Shown here piece after piece: positions 39,581-53,094 of a stretch of DNA of 64,000 nucleotides. Source of the stretch: Octopus sinensis. Lineage: Eukaryota. The position numbers and the translations under genes are program-made. The first letter of the stretch is position 1. Every line of letters starts with the position of its first letter. The notes beneath the pieces were generated by a model. That model had not been told where the DNA came from and did not search any database. It saw nothing but the letters and a program-made list of their open reading frames with translations. The stretch is from contig NC_043004.1 in the NCBI RefSeq assembly GCF_006345805.1, positions 90,334,001-90,398,000 of the forward strand. The letters run 5' to 3'.

Positions 39581-39802
39581 CCCTTTCGTTACCGTATTTA
39601 TTTGGAGATGCTCTTTGTTTCATTCAATTAATTTTAAATATAACAAAGAATTTATTAAAAGAACTTAGTTATCATTAAACTAGTGTTGGGAACATAAATT
39701 GCAACTAAGGTTTAGTGGAAGATTTTAATTCAATACTTATGAAAGTAAGACATTTGTACTACAGAGCCAGGGGCAGTTTTGGCCGGGTTGGTATTAAAAG
39801 GG
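39581..39802. mobile_element. piggyBac-type MITE (family of 14331)
   Basis: Same body, CCCTTT...AAAGGG|TTAA. Confidence 0.8.
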
Positions 39803-39872
39803 TTAAGGCAGAGACAGATATAGGAGCAGTTGCACATACACATAAGCATACACTAATATACACGAATACACA

Positions 39873-39997
<125 letters not shown>

Positions 39998-41363
39998 CCT
40001 ACCAATTTCATTCTCAAAGTATTACACTGATCAATTTAGGGCAAGACACTTAAGATAACACACTGAAACCATTCAAGATTATGTGGTTGTGGAGCAAACC
40101 TAATACATAACCATGTGTGTGCTTATGTACACATGCATACCTGCACATAGTTGCTCGTGCATACCAGCACACATACATGTGTATTTACACATATATGTAC
40201 ACATGCACTCACACTCACTAATAAATATCTATTATAAAAGAAAAATGTTATAACATCCACTGTAAACCATACAACTGTGCTAACTGCCTCCACATCTAAT
40301 GAGTTTACAGCTGTTGACCATCCTACATACACAGACATATGCTCTTTCTTTTTATTCTGTTACTAACTTCAGGCTGACATTAATAAATGAATTTTAAAAA
40401 AAAGATAAACAAACATGCTGGGAGTGTGGGTGGGAGATGCATTTTTATTCCTATATAAGATGTTTGTCCTTGAGGTTGAGTTCCTGGACTACCATCTACT
40501 TGGTACTAAGTTCAAATCATGAAAGGGGTACTCCTGAGCAAGGCATTTAATATTCTAATTGCTCCAGTTTGCATGAGTGACTCTATAAAAATAGTCTCTC
40601 TCTCTCTCTCTCTGTACTTCATGACAGTGGTTCCTTGAAGGAAGAAAGGCTAGGCTGGGTGGGCATTCATCAATTACTTGAACAACAAACAAATTATCTC
40701 AAAGAAGCAAGTTAATGGATACAACTATTTGTGGGTGTGGCCATGGATGTGGGTGTGTGTGTGTGTGTGTGTGTTTTGTGTTACTTAGGTGAACTAGAGT
40801 TGGGTGTGGTTTGTAATGATAGTATTGTAGCTAGACTATGAAAAAGTGACAGTGGTGGTGGAAGAGGGGGTTCGTGGGTGGGGGTGGGGGTGGGCTGTTC
40901 TGTTGGTTAGCGACAGTCTGTATAAGGCACATGTAAACTGGGTATAATGCTACATGGTAGGGAGGCATAGTGTAATAAGGTGGGCGAGACATGGAGTATT
41001 GAATGTGGCGGCTGGAGAGACATGTTGAGATATGATCCATTGAATTTGATGCTGTGATTTTGGAATGGATTACACAGGCATTGGGGATTGCGTATTAGTT
41101 TTAGATTAGTAATAGGATGTAGCAGTAAAGATGGGGAATGTGTTTGTTTCGGCCAAAGTGCTTTCTCCCCCACCCCCTGTCTATTTCTTCCTTCTATCTC
41201 TCTCACAACTTGTACAGGTTAACCTTTGCAATACAAACTTTCCTGACATTGCTGCTAGCTTTATAATAATACAGAAACCCTTATTTTAGAGCAGTGGTTT
41301 TCAACTGCTGTCCATATAAAATTTTGTTAAAAACTTATGTGCAATAAACTGGTTATACTTCTA

Positions 41364-41595
41364 GTTAGTTAGTTAATTTTTTGGCTCAAAAAGCAAGGCC
41401 ATGTAGGGGGACATGGAGTTATGTACAGGGTGGTGTTCATGTAAAGAGTTCAGGCCACTTGAGGTCAAGGGAGACTTTGAACCGAGCGGTCATCAGCATC
41501 TTCACCATCTCGTCTGGCAGTTTATTCCATGGATCCGCAACCCGGACGGAGAAAGCCCCCCTCCTTCGATTGAGATGAAATCGTCGCAGATAGAG
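41364..41595 (-). mobile_element. CR1/L2-type LINE 3' end
   Basis: Encodes RRGAFSVRVADPWNKLPDEMV..ARFKVSLDLKW*, (TAAC)n tail, possible TSD cttcta. Confidence 0.8.
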
Positions 41596-41639
41596 CTTCT
41601 AATGCTACACAAAATATTTCAACAATTTTTCAACAAATC

Positions 41640-42126
41640 AAAATAGATGAACATCAATGGAATTTGTATCTTTGTGGTACCAGTGCCGGTGGCACACAAG
41701 AAAATCATCCGAACGTGGCCGTAGCCAGTACCGCATAGACTGGCCTCCGTGCTTTGGGGACGTAACAAACACCATCCGATCGTGGCCGTCCGCCAGCCTC
41801 ATCTGGCACCTGTGTCGGTGGCACATAAAAAACACCATCCGAGCGTGGCCGTTCGCCAGCCTCGTCTGGCACTGTGTCGGTGGCACATAAAAACATCATC
41901 CGAGCGTGGCCGTTCGCCAGCCTCGTCTGGCACCTGTGTCGGTGGCACATAAAATCACCCACTACACTCTCGGAGTGGTTGGCGTTAGGAAGGGCATCCA
42001 GCTGTAGAAACACTGCCAGATCTGACTGGCCTGGTGCAGCCTTTGGGCTCCCCAGACCCCAGTTGAACCGTCCAACCCATGCTAGCATGGAAAACGGACG
42101 CTAAATGATGATGATGATGATGATGA
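41640..42126 (+). mobile_element. Family C element with about five 5' monomers
   Basis: Family C motifs, ~62-bp tandem units. Confidence 0.85.
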
Positions 42127-42381
42127 ATTCCTAACAGTACTCAATCATAAGAATACAATAGGATTTCATGTAAACGTCGAATGGCTGAGGGGGTCCACCC
42201 AAATAAAATAGGAATCAAAGGGGTCCATAGAGAACAAAAATTGTTGAGAGCCGCTGTTTTAGTGTTCATATTTAAATAAAACATTCTATTGTAAATTTTC
42301 CTAAGAACCTTTATATCAGCCACATCCCACATATCAGTTGAATTTTAAGTTATTTTATTTCTAATTATTTTGCAAAATTAA

Positions 42382-42855
42382 AAGGACACAGTAAATGTGT
42401 CGAAGCCGACAGGAACCGTTCGATGCTTCCTAGGGCTAAACAGCGGTGGTTTAATCCTCTACTGTCACGTTAAATTGACAGTATACAACTATTATATCGC
42501 CCCCACCATAGTACATATCTCTATGAGATATTTAGAAATTTAATATTTCTGATTTTGGTGATCAGTGAATATACTTCACTGAAAATTAGATATATATATT
42601 TACGAAGTCGAGACAGATATCTGCAGCTAGCAGGCTTCTGCTACTCTAGACCGATGATGGGCAAAGACCCTGAAACATGCGTGTCTCTAGATGCAGGCCT
42701 AGCTGTTGGGGGTATTTGTCTCCCCTTCGTATATATATAAGGACAGAGGAAAAAATGTGTCGAAGCCATCAGGAAGCGCCAATGCTTCCTAGGGCTAAAC
42801 AGCGGTGGTGCAATCCCCTACTGTCACGTTAGATTGACAGTATACAACTATTATA
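42382..42855 (+). mobile_element. Retrozyme/Penelope-like unit: ~360-bp monomer with ~115-bp terminal redundancy
   Basis: Direct repeat 42382-42496 and 42739-42855 flanking a long hairpin topped by a hammerhead core. Confidence 0.65.
42645..42691 (+). ncRNA. Type I hammerhead ribozyme-like motif (U4C variant)
   Basis: TCTAGA-CCGATGA-T-GGG caaaga CCC-T-GAAA-CA tgcg TG-TC^TCTAGA: helices I, II and III present, GUC cleavage triplet at 42683-42685. Confidence 0.6.
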
Positions 42856-43827
42856 ATTGAAGTTGTGTATTTCATATAAAAATAAAGATGGCCATAGGAG
42901 GGTTAAGGTCTTATAATTTAACATGAACACCGTGCTGCCTTCTTTTATTATGGTCTCTTTGAACAGATTAGCTAACTAATTGCTGGCTTTCTCTATCCTA
43001 CATATTTACCTCCCTTATGTTCATTATGGGCCCCACCTCCACCCACCACCTGTCTTCCTCTGAAGACTTCCCATTTGACTCCTCTCCTTGTCCATAGTTT
43101 ATCTTCAGACTGCAAACACACAGATGTTCAAAGTGAACACCAGCCCCCATCAATTTCACCAACCTGGGCTATTGGTGAATTTATGACCAATAATAATTAG
43201 TGCAGATATTGTCTATCAGATCTGTCATTGCAACTTTTGGACCCATAACATCACTACCGAATACCAACAAGCCAGTGACAGAAAGCTTGTTTCTGTGGTC
43301 CCTAAATCTGCTAGAAATAGCAACCAAATATGTCATGTCTTTAAAAAGGAAGTTCATGCTGGATGTGTTTGAAGAACATCATCAGAAAAAGAGAGAAACA
43401 AATGGTATGGTAAAAACTGCTGTATCAGGTCTGGCATCAATCACATGTTGGGTGTAGAAGAAACCCATTTCTTTGATGCTGTGATATGGGTGTTTCTCTT
43501 TTATATCAATTCTTTAGACTTTGCAGGGTTCACATGATCCTTTGACCATTCTGCCATCTTTAGCAATCTTCTCTTTCAAAAACCCTATCCTTTGAAATAG
43601 CAGTCACATAGTTTAAAGTGTTATATAGGAAAAAAAGAGAAAAAATTGGAAAACGTGTCAGTTTGGATTCAGATCAATTTGAAACAGTGAATTTGTATTT
43701 TAGAGCTAGGGTCTGTCCCAGGTGTGTTGGTATCAAAACAGTTAACTCTGAAATTGCTCTACCTACCCAGACACTGGAGATAGAAGCAACTTTCACAAAG
43801 GGGCTTGTTACCTCCTGTGGATATATG

Positions 43828-44059
43828 TATTTTTCTTGTTATTGCCCACAAGGGACTAAACATAGAGGGGACAAACAAGGACAGACAAACGGATTAAGTC
43901 GATTATATTGACCCCAGTGCGTAACTGATACTTATTTAATCGACCCGGAAAGGATGAAAGGCAAAGTCAACCTCGGCGGAATTTGAACTCAGAACGTAGC
44001 GGCAGACGAAATACCGTTAAGCATTTCCCCCGGCATGCTAACGATTCTGCCAGCTCACC
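43828..44059 (-). mobile_element. SINE family B with 18-bp TSD
   Basis: TSD acctcctgtggatatatg at 43810-43827 and 44060-44077. Confidence 0.9.
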
Positions 44060-45363
44060 ACCTCCTGTGGATATATGGTAGCTAGAAAACTCACTGTTGT
44101 TGCTATTGTTTAGCCCCGGGTCACTCTCGATCCTGACATAATGCATTCAAATTTTGGCACAAAACTAGCAAGTTCGTGGTAGGGGGATAAGTTGATTACA
44201 TCAACTCCAGTTTGCAACCGGTACTTATTTTATCAACCCCTGAAAGAATGAAAAGCAAAGTCAAACTCAGTGGAATTTGAACTCAGAATATAGAGATGAG
44301 CAAAATTCCACTAAGCATTTTGTCTGATGTGCTAATGATTCTGCCACCTCACTGCCTTTGATCCTGATATAATCAAGTGTTTCCTCTGTGATCTTCAGTT
44401 TTCTTTCTTGTACAGTGTGTCCTAGGACTGCATTATGTGTCCTTCATTTTTTTATGACGAGAAAGTGTGGCTTAAAGTTGATTTGGCTACTATTTCTTAC
44501 AGATAAAGTGACCACGAAAAGGTTGAGTGGTTGTAATCTACTGGTGTTACATTGAAATCAGCAGTTAATCATCCATTGATGGATACCTCTGACAGTGGGA
44601 AGTTAATTAATCCTCAGTAGGACAGACTACAGTTGGATTGATTAGAGAGTATTCTATTTGTAGATTTTGTCTTCATACATGCCGTTAAGATATTAGGATC
44701 TGTTGCTACCTCCCACTCTCTGGTTATCTGTCTCTATCCCACATAGACAAATCAATAAATTATGCAATGTGATCATCAGTAAAATAATTCAATAATGTTC
44801 TGTGGTAGTTTCAGTTCAGTTATTACAATAATACCATATCAGTGTTGTATATTAGTATATATATACAGACTAGTTTATATCACTATATCAGAGTTGCATA
44901 TATATAAGCATAGACTAAGGGAAATGTATCTCCACCACTTTCAACAATGACTTTTCAGTTTGGCCGACTGAACTACTTGCTTATTGAATTATCTTGTAAT
45001 TGGATGAGTATTCCACAGACATATGTATCCTTAATGTAAATCATGGAATGGGTCAGTGTGACACGATATGGGACAAAGCTGGAACTTTCTGATATGATTC
45101 ATTTGATTGACCTCTATGTAATTTCGATTTGCCCAGTTACATTTACAAAACTTCAGTTGACTTGAGACTAGGGTAAATGACTCTTTACCCAAGATGCTAT
45201 ACTGTGGAATTGAACCTGGGACTTCGATGTGAGCAGCCATGCTGTAATTGTATATTTTGCATATAATTTAATAACTATTTATTCTAACATATCAAGCATC
45301 AGTGGTATGTGCTAACTTGCAACACATGTATTTTGTATGCGTATGTGTGTGTATGTATGCGTA

Positions 45364-45683
45364 TCTCTATATATATAAAACTGAGAATGTCTGTCTGTCT
45401 GTGTGTTTCCCTAAAACTTGAGAACTACACAACCAATTTCATTCAAATTTTACACATGCCTTACTCAAGATACAATTGATCGAAATTGCAAGAGACGGGC
45501 CTACAATTCCAGTCTGTTATATATTTTGAGTATTGTTATCATTAGCGATATCAAGATATAACTTTGTATTTTATGTGTAGATGTATATATATAGATGTGC
45601 ATGTAATACGTACACATACATATATATACACATATATACATGCACTAGCACTATGATCCAGCAACGACGGGTCATAATGCTAG
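45364..45683 (+). mobile_element. Non-autonomous Helitron (another subfamily)
   Basis: A|TCTCTATATATATAAAACTG...atgatccagcaacgacgggtcat hairpin...CTAG|T. Confidence 0.75.
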
Positions 45684-45844
45684 TATATCTATATATGTCT
45701 GCATGACACAGAGAGAGATGGGGGGGGGTGATATTAGTGGTTAGGCACTGGAAAAATGGATCCATGGTACTAAAGAGCTCAGTTCTTTAATATGCTGCTA
45801 AACTCCAATACATTATTATTTCAATGTAATAGCCATGGAAACAT

Positions 45845-46681
45845 CTTTTTATCTTGTTTCAGTCATTAAACTGTGGCCATGCTGGGATACTACCTTAAAG
45901 GATTTTAGTCAAACGAATTGACCCCAGTACTTTTTTTTTACTTTTCTTTAAAGCTTGGTACTTTATCAGTCTGTTTTGTCAAACTGCTTAGTTACTGGAA
46001 TGTAAACACACCAACACTGGTTATCAAGCAGTGATGGAGGACACACAGACACGCACTCACAACTGGCTTCTGTCAGTCTACTTTTACCAAATCCACTCAC
46101 AAGGCTTTAGTTAGCCTGAGGCTGTAGTAAAAGACACTTGTTCAAGGTGCCACTCAGTGGGACTGAACCTGGAACCATATGATCAGGAAGTAAATTTCTT
46201 ACCACACAGCCATGCCTGCACCTGGAGAAAAACCACATGGCTACACCCTTACACACACACACACACACACACACTGCCTTATATATATACTCTTTTACTT
46301 GTTTAAGTCATTTGACTGTGGCCATGCTGGAGCACCGCCTTTAATCAAGCAACTCGACCCTGGGACATATTCTTTGTAAGCCCAGTACTTATTCTATCGG
46401 TCTCTTTTGCCGAACCGCTAAGTGATGGGAACATAAACACACCAGCATTGGTTGTCAAGCAATGTTGGGGGGACAAACACAGACATACAAACATACACGC
46501 ACACATATATATATACATATATACGACGGGCTTCTTTCAGTTTCCGTCTACCAAATCCACTCACAAGGCTTTGGTCGGCCCGAAGCTATAGTAGAAGACA
46601 CTTGCCCATGGTGCCACACAGTGGGACTGAACCCGGAACCATGTGGTTGGTAAACAAGCTACTTACCACACAGCCACTCCT

Positions 46682-46683
<2 letters not shown>
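45845..46683 (-). mobile_element. Two tandem SINE family A copies (older 45845-46222, younger 46289-46683)
   Basis: Family A motifs twice. Confidence 0.85.
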
Positions 46684-46733
<50 letters not shown>

Positions 46734-47640
46734 GTATATATACACACACAATCACACACAAATGCAACACATCTGTGGTATACCAGCATATAACAGTGGT
46801 TATATCTGTGTGAGTATTCGTAACTGTCAGCATTGTTGTAAGGATTGGTAAATGTCTGTTGGAACCAATAATATATGAATGAAACTAGTCTAATTATGTA
46901 TGTGTGTGTCTGGTCCATCCAGTCTGTGTATCTGATCTTTGTCTGGTTTCTGTAACTTTTCTGGGATAGTTTATTGATAAAAATGTTTAGATATATCTAT
47001 GCTGCAAATTTTAGCAGCAGCAGCAGTTTGCATACTGAGTCATCTGTGTTATTTCTAATGTTGTTGTTGTTGTTGCTTTTACTGCAGTTACTGCATTATA
47101 AATAATACAACTATTCAGGATAAGATAGACACAAGAATATTAGTGAGATGGAAGACTTTTAATCCTAGGATCTATCCTCCTGTTCCAATGCTGCCGTGAT
47201 TTCTCATGTACGTACAAGACCCTTTAATTATTCGGGAGGGAACAGTCTATTTGATTAACGCCACTACGTGAGTGATGCTTTTATATTGTTTCAAATATTT
47301 CAGTCAGGATGAAAGAAGGATTCTGCATATGATCTTTGCCGACTCTTTGGGGTCCTGTTAAAATCAGTGCAGTTAATGCTTAGTTTGAACCCTGTGTGCC
47401 AATGATTGGAGGAAAGGGAATCCCAGGGTGTGCATGATGTTCTAGGAAGGAGACACTTAGCAAAGTTGGTGTAGGGTCTAGGAAGTGAAGTGATGGGCTG
47501 TAATTATGACAGGAGTGCCTGGGTGAAGATATGTAACTAGTCCTGGGTATGGTCTTTAACTGCTTAGTAGCATTGAATATACAGTTACAGTATGGTCTTT
47601 GTGTACACAATGACCATTCAGTATACAAAGTATGGTTTTT

Positions 47641-47983
47641 AACGCCAGCGCCACCTTGACTGGCTTCTGTGCCGGTGGCACATAAAAAGCACCATCCGAA
47701 CATGGCCGATGCCAGCGCCGCCTTGGCTGGCTTCCGTGCCGGTGGCACGTTAAAAGCACCAACCGATCGTGGCCGATGCCAGACCCTCCTGGCACCTGTG
47801 CAGGTGGCACGTAAAAAGCACCCACTACACTCGCGGAGTGGTTGGCGTTAGGAAGGGCATCCAGCTGTAGAAACACTGCCAGATCAGACTGGAGCCTGGT
47901 GCAGCCCCTGGCTTCCCAGACCCCGGTCGAACCGTCCAACCCGTGCTAGCGCGGAAAACGGACGTTAAACGATGATGATGATG
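47641..47983 (+). mobile_element. Family C element
   Basis: Family C motifs, three monomers. Confidence 0.85.
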
Positions 47984-49877
47984 TGGCATCAAATATACAT
48001 AGTACTGGATCTGAACTTCAACAATCTCACTACATGTCAGAGATCTGCTCAGGTGGGTTTGACTCCAGGGTTTTTATAATAATGCCTAATTATCAATGTA
48101 ACCCCATTATTCCATTTTGCTGGATTATGCTTCCAACCAGTTGGTCAACACTTTTTTTTTTTTTGTATTTAGCAGGTGAAATAAATCTTGTTTCGGATAG
48201 AATGCCAGCTTGTCACACTTGACATTCTTTAGATTATCTGATACCAATTCTTATTGACAGCCAGGTGGATGAAGTGAATTAATGTAGAATTATGTGCATT
48301 CTGCCAGTTTACTTTGCCATATGCATCTTGAAACACTTTTCAAGTGGTTGCAACTAAGATGCATTTTGTTGTTGCACCAAGAATCCTTAATCTCATGTGC
48401 CTCTGTCAATAAGATCAATGTACTTCAGTGGTCTTCATCTTCTACTAACTTGTGGAAGTTTCCAAAATATAGCATCTGGTATAATCTGTTGTTCAGCACA
48501 ATGGCAGCAGCCAGCAAAGCCTGCCCTGCATTAAACTACTATAATAGAAATGGTTGCAATGTGCCCATAAATTTAATTTTTCAATCTTGGGCTCACACTG
48601 AGTTGTTTTCAGCCAGCATGAGAAACCTTTTGTTCATACAGTCAAGATGGTCATGAAGCTCTTTCTTCTGGGTGTAGTTCCTTCTTCAAAGTTTAGTTTT
48701 GGCTCTGTAGAGAAGACTGTTCTGAAGAAGGCCAATCTTGTTGATTTTGAAATCCTTGATTATTAGATGTTTTGAAACTTGGTGTAGGCACCCCATGATA
48801 ATATTCAGCCTTTTCAGAAAGACTCAAAACACTATTAATGGAATCAATCCAACTGTTTGAAATGTAATATGTATGTATCCATTGTCAATTGTACTTTGTT
48901 TGCAGATTGGTGCATTGGCCCAAGATAAGACAATAGAATTAATTATTATTTCACTGAAATTTTGGTAAGCATGATAAGCTGTGCATAACAAGTAACTGTA
49001 TTGGTAGGGATGTGTGGTATGAATGGTTGATAGCTGCTGATTGGAAAAAGTACTATGTACTGACAGTGAAAGTTGACATGTGGTAGATGACTAGAATAAA
49101 GGATGGGAAGATCATAGTCCCATATGTCAGATCATAGTCTGTTGCGCATCACACATGAGGTGACAAAAGATTTGGATTAAGTTGTGATTACTGTACAAGG
49201 AGGCTGGCTGGTGTAAACCCATACCAGTGTAGAAAAGCATGTTAAAATAGATGTTGATGAGTAGGGATCTGGAGGAAAGTGTTGAAAAAAAAAAAAGAAG
49301 AAATCTAGCCTCCCAGAAGTTGCCTCTCCACGCTGGTTTGACATTGAGAGTTTTAGTCAGTATTCTGTCTGGGACACAGATCATCTGTTGGCTGAGAGGA
49401 GCAGATAAGAAGTGGTTGCTTTTCAAAGATCTTAGTAGATAAAGCTGGTTGGTTGGTGGGTGGATGGTTGTTTGGGAAGGTAAAGTAAGGTGAGGGTGGT
49501 GTGCGAGACACTGGTGTATCAACCGAAGTGTAATGTTGTTTACAGTTGTGTGTAGAGCTGGGGTTTCTTTTCCACCCTTACCCAGCTCCCTAGTTGTTCT
49601 GAAGAAGGATGTTGCATAGATAACAACTCCCTGAACAAATTCCTTTATTGATGAGAAAGTCTAGATAGAACTCTCTATAAATAACATTTTTTCTACCTTT
49701 ATGCTGTTGAATGATGTAGATTTATTTATTATTATTAAGTCTCTCTGGCACATTTCTTTACCCTCTATACCATATTCTTCACATACACCCCCATCACTCT
49801 TTTCCATTCATTTTATTTTTGTGTAAATTCTCACACTTTTTTGACCCACCACTGTTACCCTTGTGGTAATGAAAGAA

Positions 49878-49915
<38 letters not shown>

Positions 49916-50810
49916 GGTGATGAGCTGGCATAACTGTTAGCAAGCTGGGTGAAATGCTTAGCAGTATTTCATTTGCCTTTACATTCTAAGTTCAAATTCT
50001 GCTGAGATTGACTTTGCCTTTCATCTTTTTGGAGTTGATGAAATAAAAATCAGTTGAGCACCGGGGTCAATTTAATCAACTAGCCCCACCCCCATCCCCC
50101 CAAATTTTGGTCCTTGTGCCTATAGTAGGAAGGATTATTATTATTATTATTATTTGGGTGGTTGATGGCAGATTAAATCTCTTGTATTTTCTCATTCCTT
50201 TATGTTCCATATTCAAGTCTTGCCCGATTCTTTGTCTTTCAGCCTTCCGGAATCAATAACATGACTACTAATCAGGGTTTGATATCCATTATATCACTAT
50301 ACCAGCTCCCTTAAAATGCATGTGCTTATGTTATCATCAAAATTGTCAAGACGGTAGAGCTTCAGACAAAATGCCTTGCAGTATGAGTTGTAGGTCACAC
50401 ATTCTTAGTTCAAACCCTGCCCAGGTCAACTTTGCTTTTCATCCCATTTTGGTTTAAACTCTTAAATTTTTATAATGCCTAAATTGTCAATATGCAGAAA
50501 CAAAAAAAAATTAATTTTTCCAGCTTATTTTAGGATAAAGTATAGTTTTTTGGTGTTACAAATTAAGTTTTCTTACACACATACATTGAGTTTAATATAA
50601 AAATATTTTATAACACATCAAATAACATAGATTAACTCCATATGATCTTAAAATCTCAACATTCTAATGAGTGTAACAAATAGTGCTATTGCTATCAAAA
50701 CGTATGTAAAGAATTGAAATTTTGTAAAATAATTTTTTTGTTTCTTATGAGCCTGACTCAAGCCTTGCAAGTGAATTCGGTAGACAGAAACTGAAGAAGT
50801 CTGTCATGTA

Positions 50811-50849
<39 letters not shown>

Positions 50850-50861
50850 CGTTATACAAAT

Positions 50862-51126
50862 AATGCCAGCGCCGCCTTGACTGGCTCCTGTGCCGGTGGC
50901 ACGTAAAAAGCACCAACCGATTGTGGCCGTTGCCAGCCTCCCCTGGCACATAAAAAGCACCCACTAAACTCATGGAGTGGTTGGCATTAGGAAGGGCATC
51001 CAGCTGTAGAAACACTGCCAGATCAGACTGGAGCCTGGTGTAGCCTCCTGGCTTCCCAGACCCCGGTCGAACCGTCCAACCCATGCTAGCACAGAAAACG
51101 GACGTTAAATGATGATGATGATGATG
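50862..51126 (+). mobile_element. Family C element
   Basis: Family C motifs. Confidence 0.85.
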
Positions 51127-52262
51127 TTGTTTGCTTCCAATCATCTGTGAAATTATGTCCTGTCTGGGGGGTTGTAGAGAAATATTACCGTTGTTGGTAA
51201 CAAATCAAGGTTATTGATAGACGGGCCATCCATCTGTAGAATATCTGCCTGAATTTTCATTTTGACCCTTGCAAGCATAGGAAAGTAAGAATCAAAATGA
51301 TGATGAAATTAATTCATATGTTAGTAATCCTGCAACAACTGCCAGATATTAAATGTTTGGGTTTATACACAACTATTTGTGTTAAGACACAAACGTGGTT
51401 TCAGGTTCAATTCCACCATGCTACAATTTGAGTAAATTGTGCCTTCTACCAAAATCTCAGTTTGACCAAAGCATTGTTAAATTTGATAGATGAAAAGTTT
51501 GTGCAAGAACAGCACTCTGTAAATATTCTGGTCAGGTTTCTATTCTGAGGATAATTTGGGAAGCCCCCAGAAAGAATAACTGCTGTCTTTACTCCTCTGA
51601 CTCAGCTATTAAATAAATGATACAAGATGTTAGTCAAATGTGAAGAATGCTTAGAGCTCATCCAATCTTTCAATTCTACTGGGTTTTTTTTTTTCCTTAC
51701 AAATTAACAATAGATATTACAGTGTAATCATTTAAGCTCCCTTCAACACACATGTACAATGGATGTCTCATATAAAATTTTATCTATATACAAACAGTCT
51801 CACAGTTAGATAAAAGCAAAATTTTTCTGTTCTAATTTATCATTTCCAATCTTGTGTTTTGCATTTTTCTTTATAAAACATCAAGAATCCAAAGAAAGCC
51901 TGTTTTTTTTTTTTAGCTTTTTTTAAAAATTTTTTTTTTTTATTAAGTAAAATGGTTTCACCCTGCTCAAGATATCTTTCACATGCATTACTCTGCTTCC
52001 TCAGAAATGAGTGCACAGCCCCTTTGCAAACAGGGTTTTCTGTTTATTTTATTCTTTTATTTTTTTTTATAGACAACTTTATAACTTTATTGAAAAAGTC
52101 ATTCTCAGTGACTAATGTTATAACAACAACTTCAACTGTTACAAGAGTAATTTAAAAATGTTCTAGAAACAAGCAACTATAGACACATCAAACTTGTTGG
52201 ACTAAATTGTATGAAGAATAAAGATTTGTAGCACAACTGATTTAAAAGAAAAAAAATTAGTA

Positions 52263-52417
52263 TCTCTTTCTCTTTTACTTGTTTCAGTCATTTGACTGCA
52301 TTGGTTGGCCCGGGGCTATAGCAGAAGACAATTGCCCAAGATGCCACGCAGTGGGACTGAACCCGGAACCATGCGGTTGGTTAGCAAGCTACTTACCACA
52401 CAGCCACTCCTGCACCT
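52263..52417 (-). mobile_element. Internally deleted SINE family A
   Basis: Tail joined directly to the tRNA head. Confidence 0.8.
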
Positions 52418-52862
52418 ATAGATAAAATGCAATTCATATTTGTGCCAGTATGGGGTGTTACTTGTACCATTTTTCTGGTGAGACAACCACAAGATAAGTG
52501 GTTCTTGGCAGAATAGCAAACCACCATATCTGTTCAAGAAGTCTTTACTAGGTGATACTATACTAATTCAGTCCAATAAACCAAATCCTGGTCATAGTTG
52601 ACTTAATCTAATTTTACCTCCCAAATCCTAAATAAATGTAAATAAATTTTCAGTTACCATAATTCTGATGAAATACTTCAAATTGTGTTTCATCTAATTT
52701 TGAAAATAGTGAAGAATTCAGTAAAATTACTGTCATTATTAAGATGGTGTTTGGAAAATAAATCATGAAATTTTGATTGAATGTTTTAATTTAGAGCTCT
52801 TGAAAACAAGAAGGCTGTGTGCCACTGAACTAGGGGTAGTCTCAGATGGGTTGGTATTAAAA

Positions 52863-53094
52863 AGGCGGCGAGCTGGCAGAAAAGTTAGCACGCCGGGCGA
52901 AATGTGTAGCCGTATTTCGTCTGCCGTTATGTTCTGAGTTCAAATTCCGCCGAGGTCGACTTTGCCTTTCATCCTTTCAGGGTCAATTAAATAAGTACCA
53001 GTTACGCACTGGGGTTGGCATAATCAACCTAATCTGTTTGTCTGTCCTTGTTTGTCCTCTTTGTGTTTAGCCCCTTGTGGGTAGTAAAGAAACA
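52863..53094 (+). mobile_element. SINE family B
   Basis: Full copy with TSD-like ggtattaaaaa(a)gg flanks. Confidence 0.9.

Larger units (their letters stand above)
41292..42256. mobile_element. hAT-type MITE carrying nested LINE and SINE insertions
   Basis: CAGTGGTTTTCAAC...GTTGAGAGCCGCTG ends, 8-bp TSD ttttagag/ttttagtg. Confidence 0.75.

Noticed and set aside
41680-41960. Regularly spaced palindromic repeats resembling a CRISPR array
   Set aside because: The 'spacers' are similar to each other, the unit belongs to a dispersed eukaryotic retroelement, and there are no cas genes.
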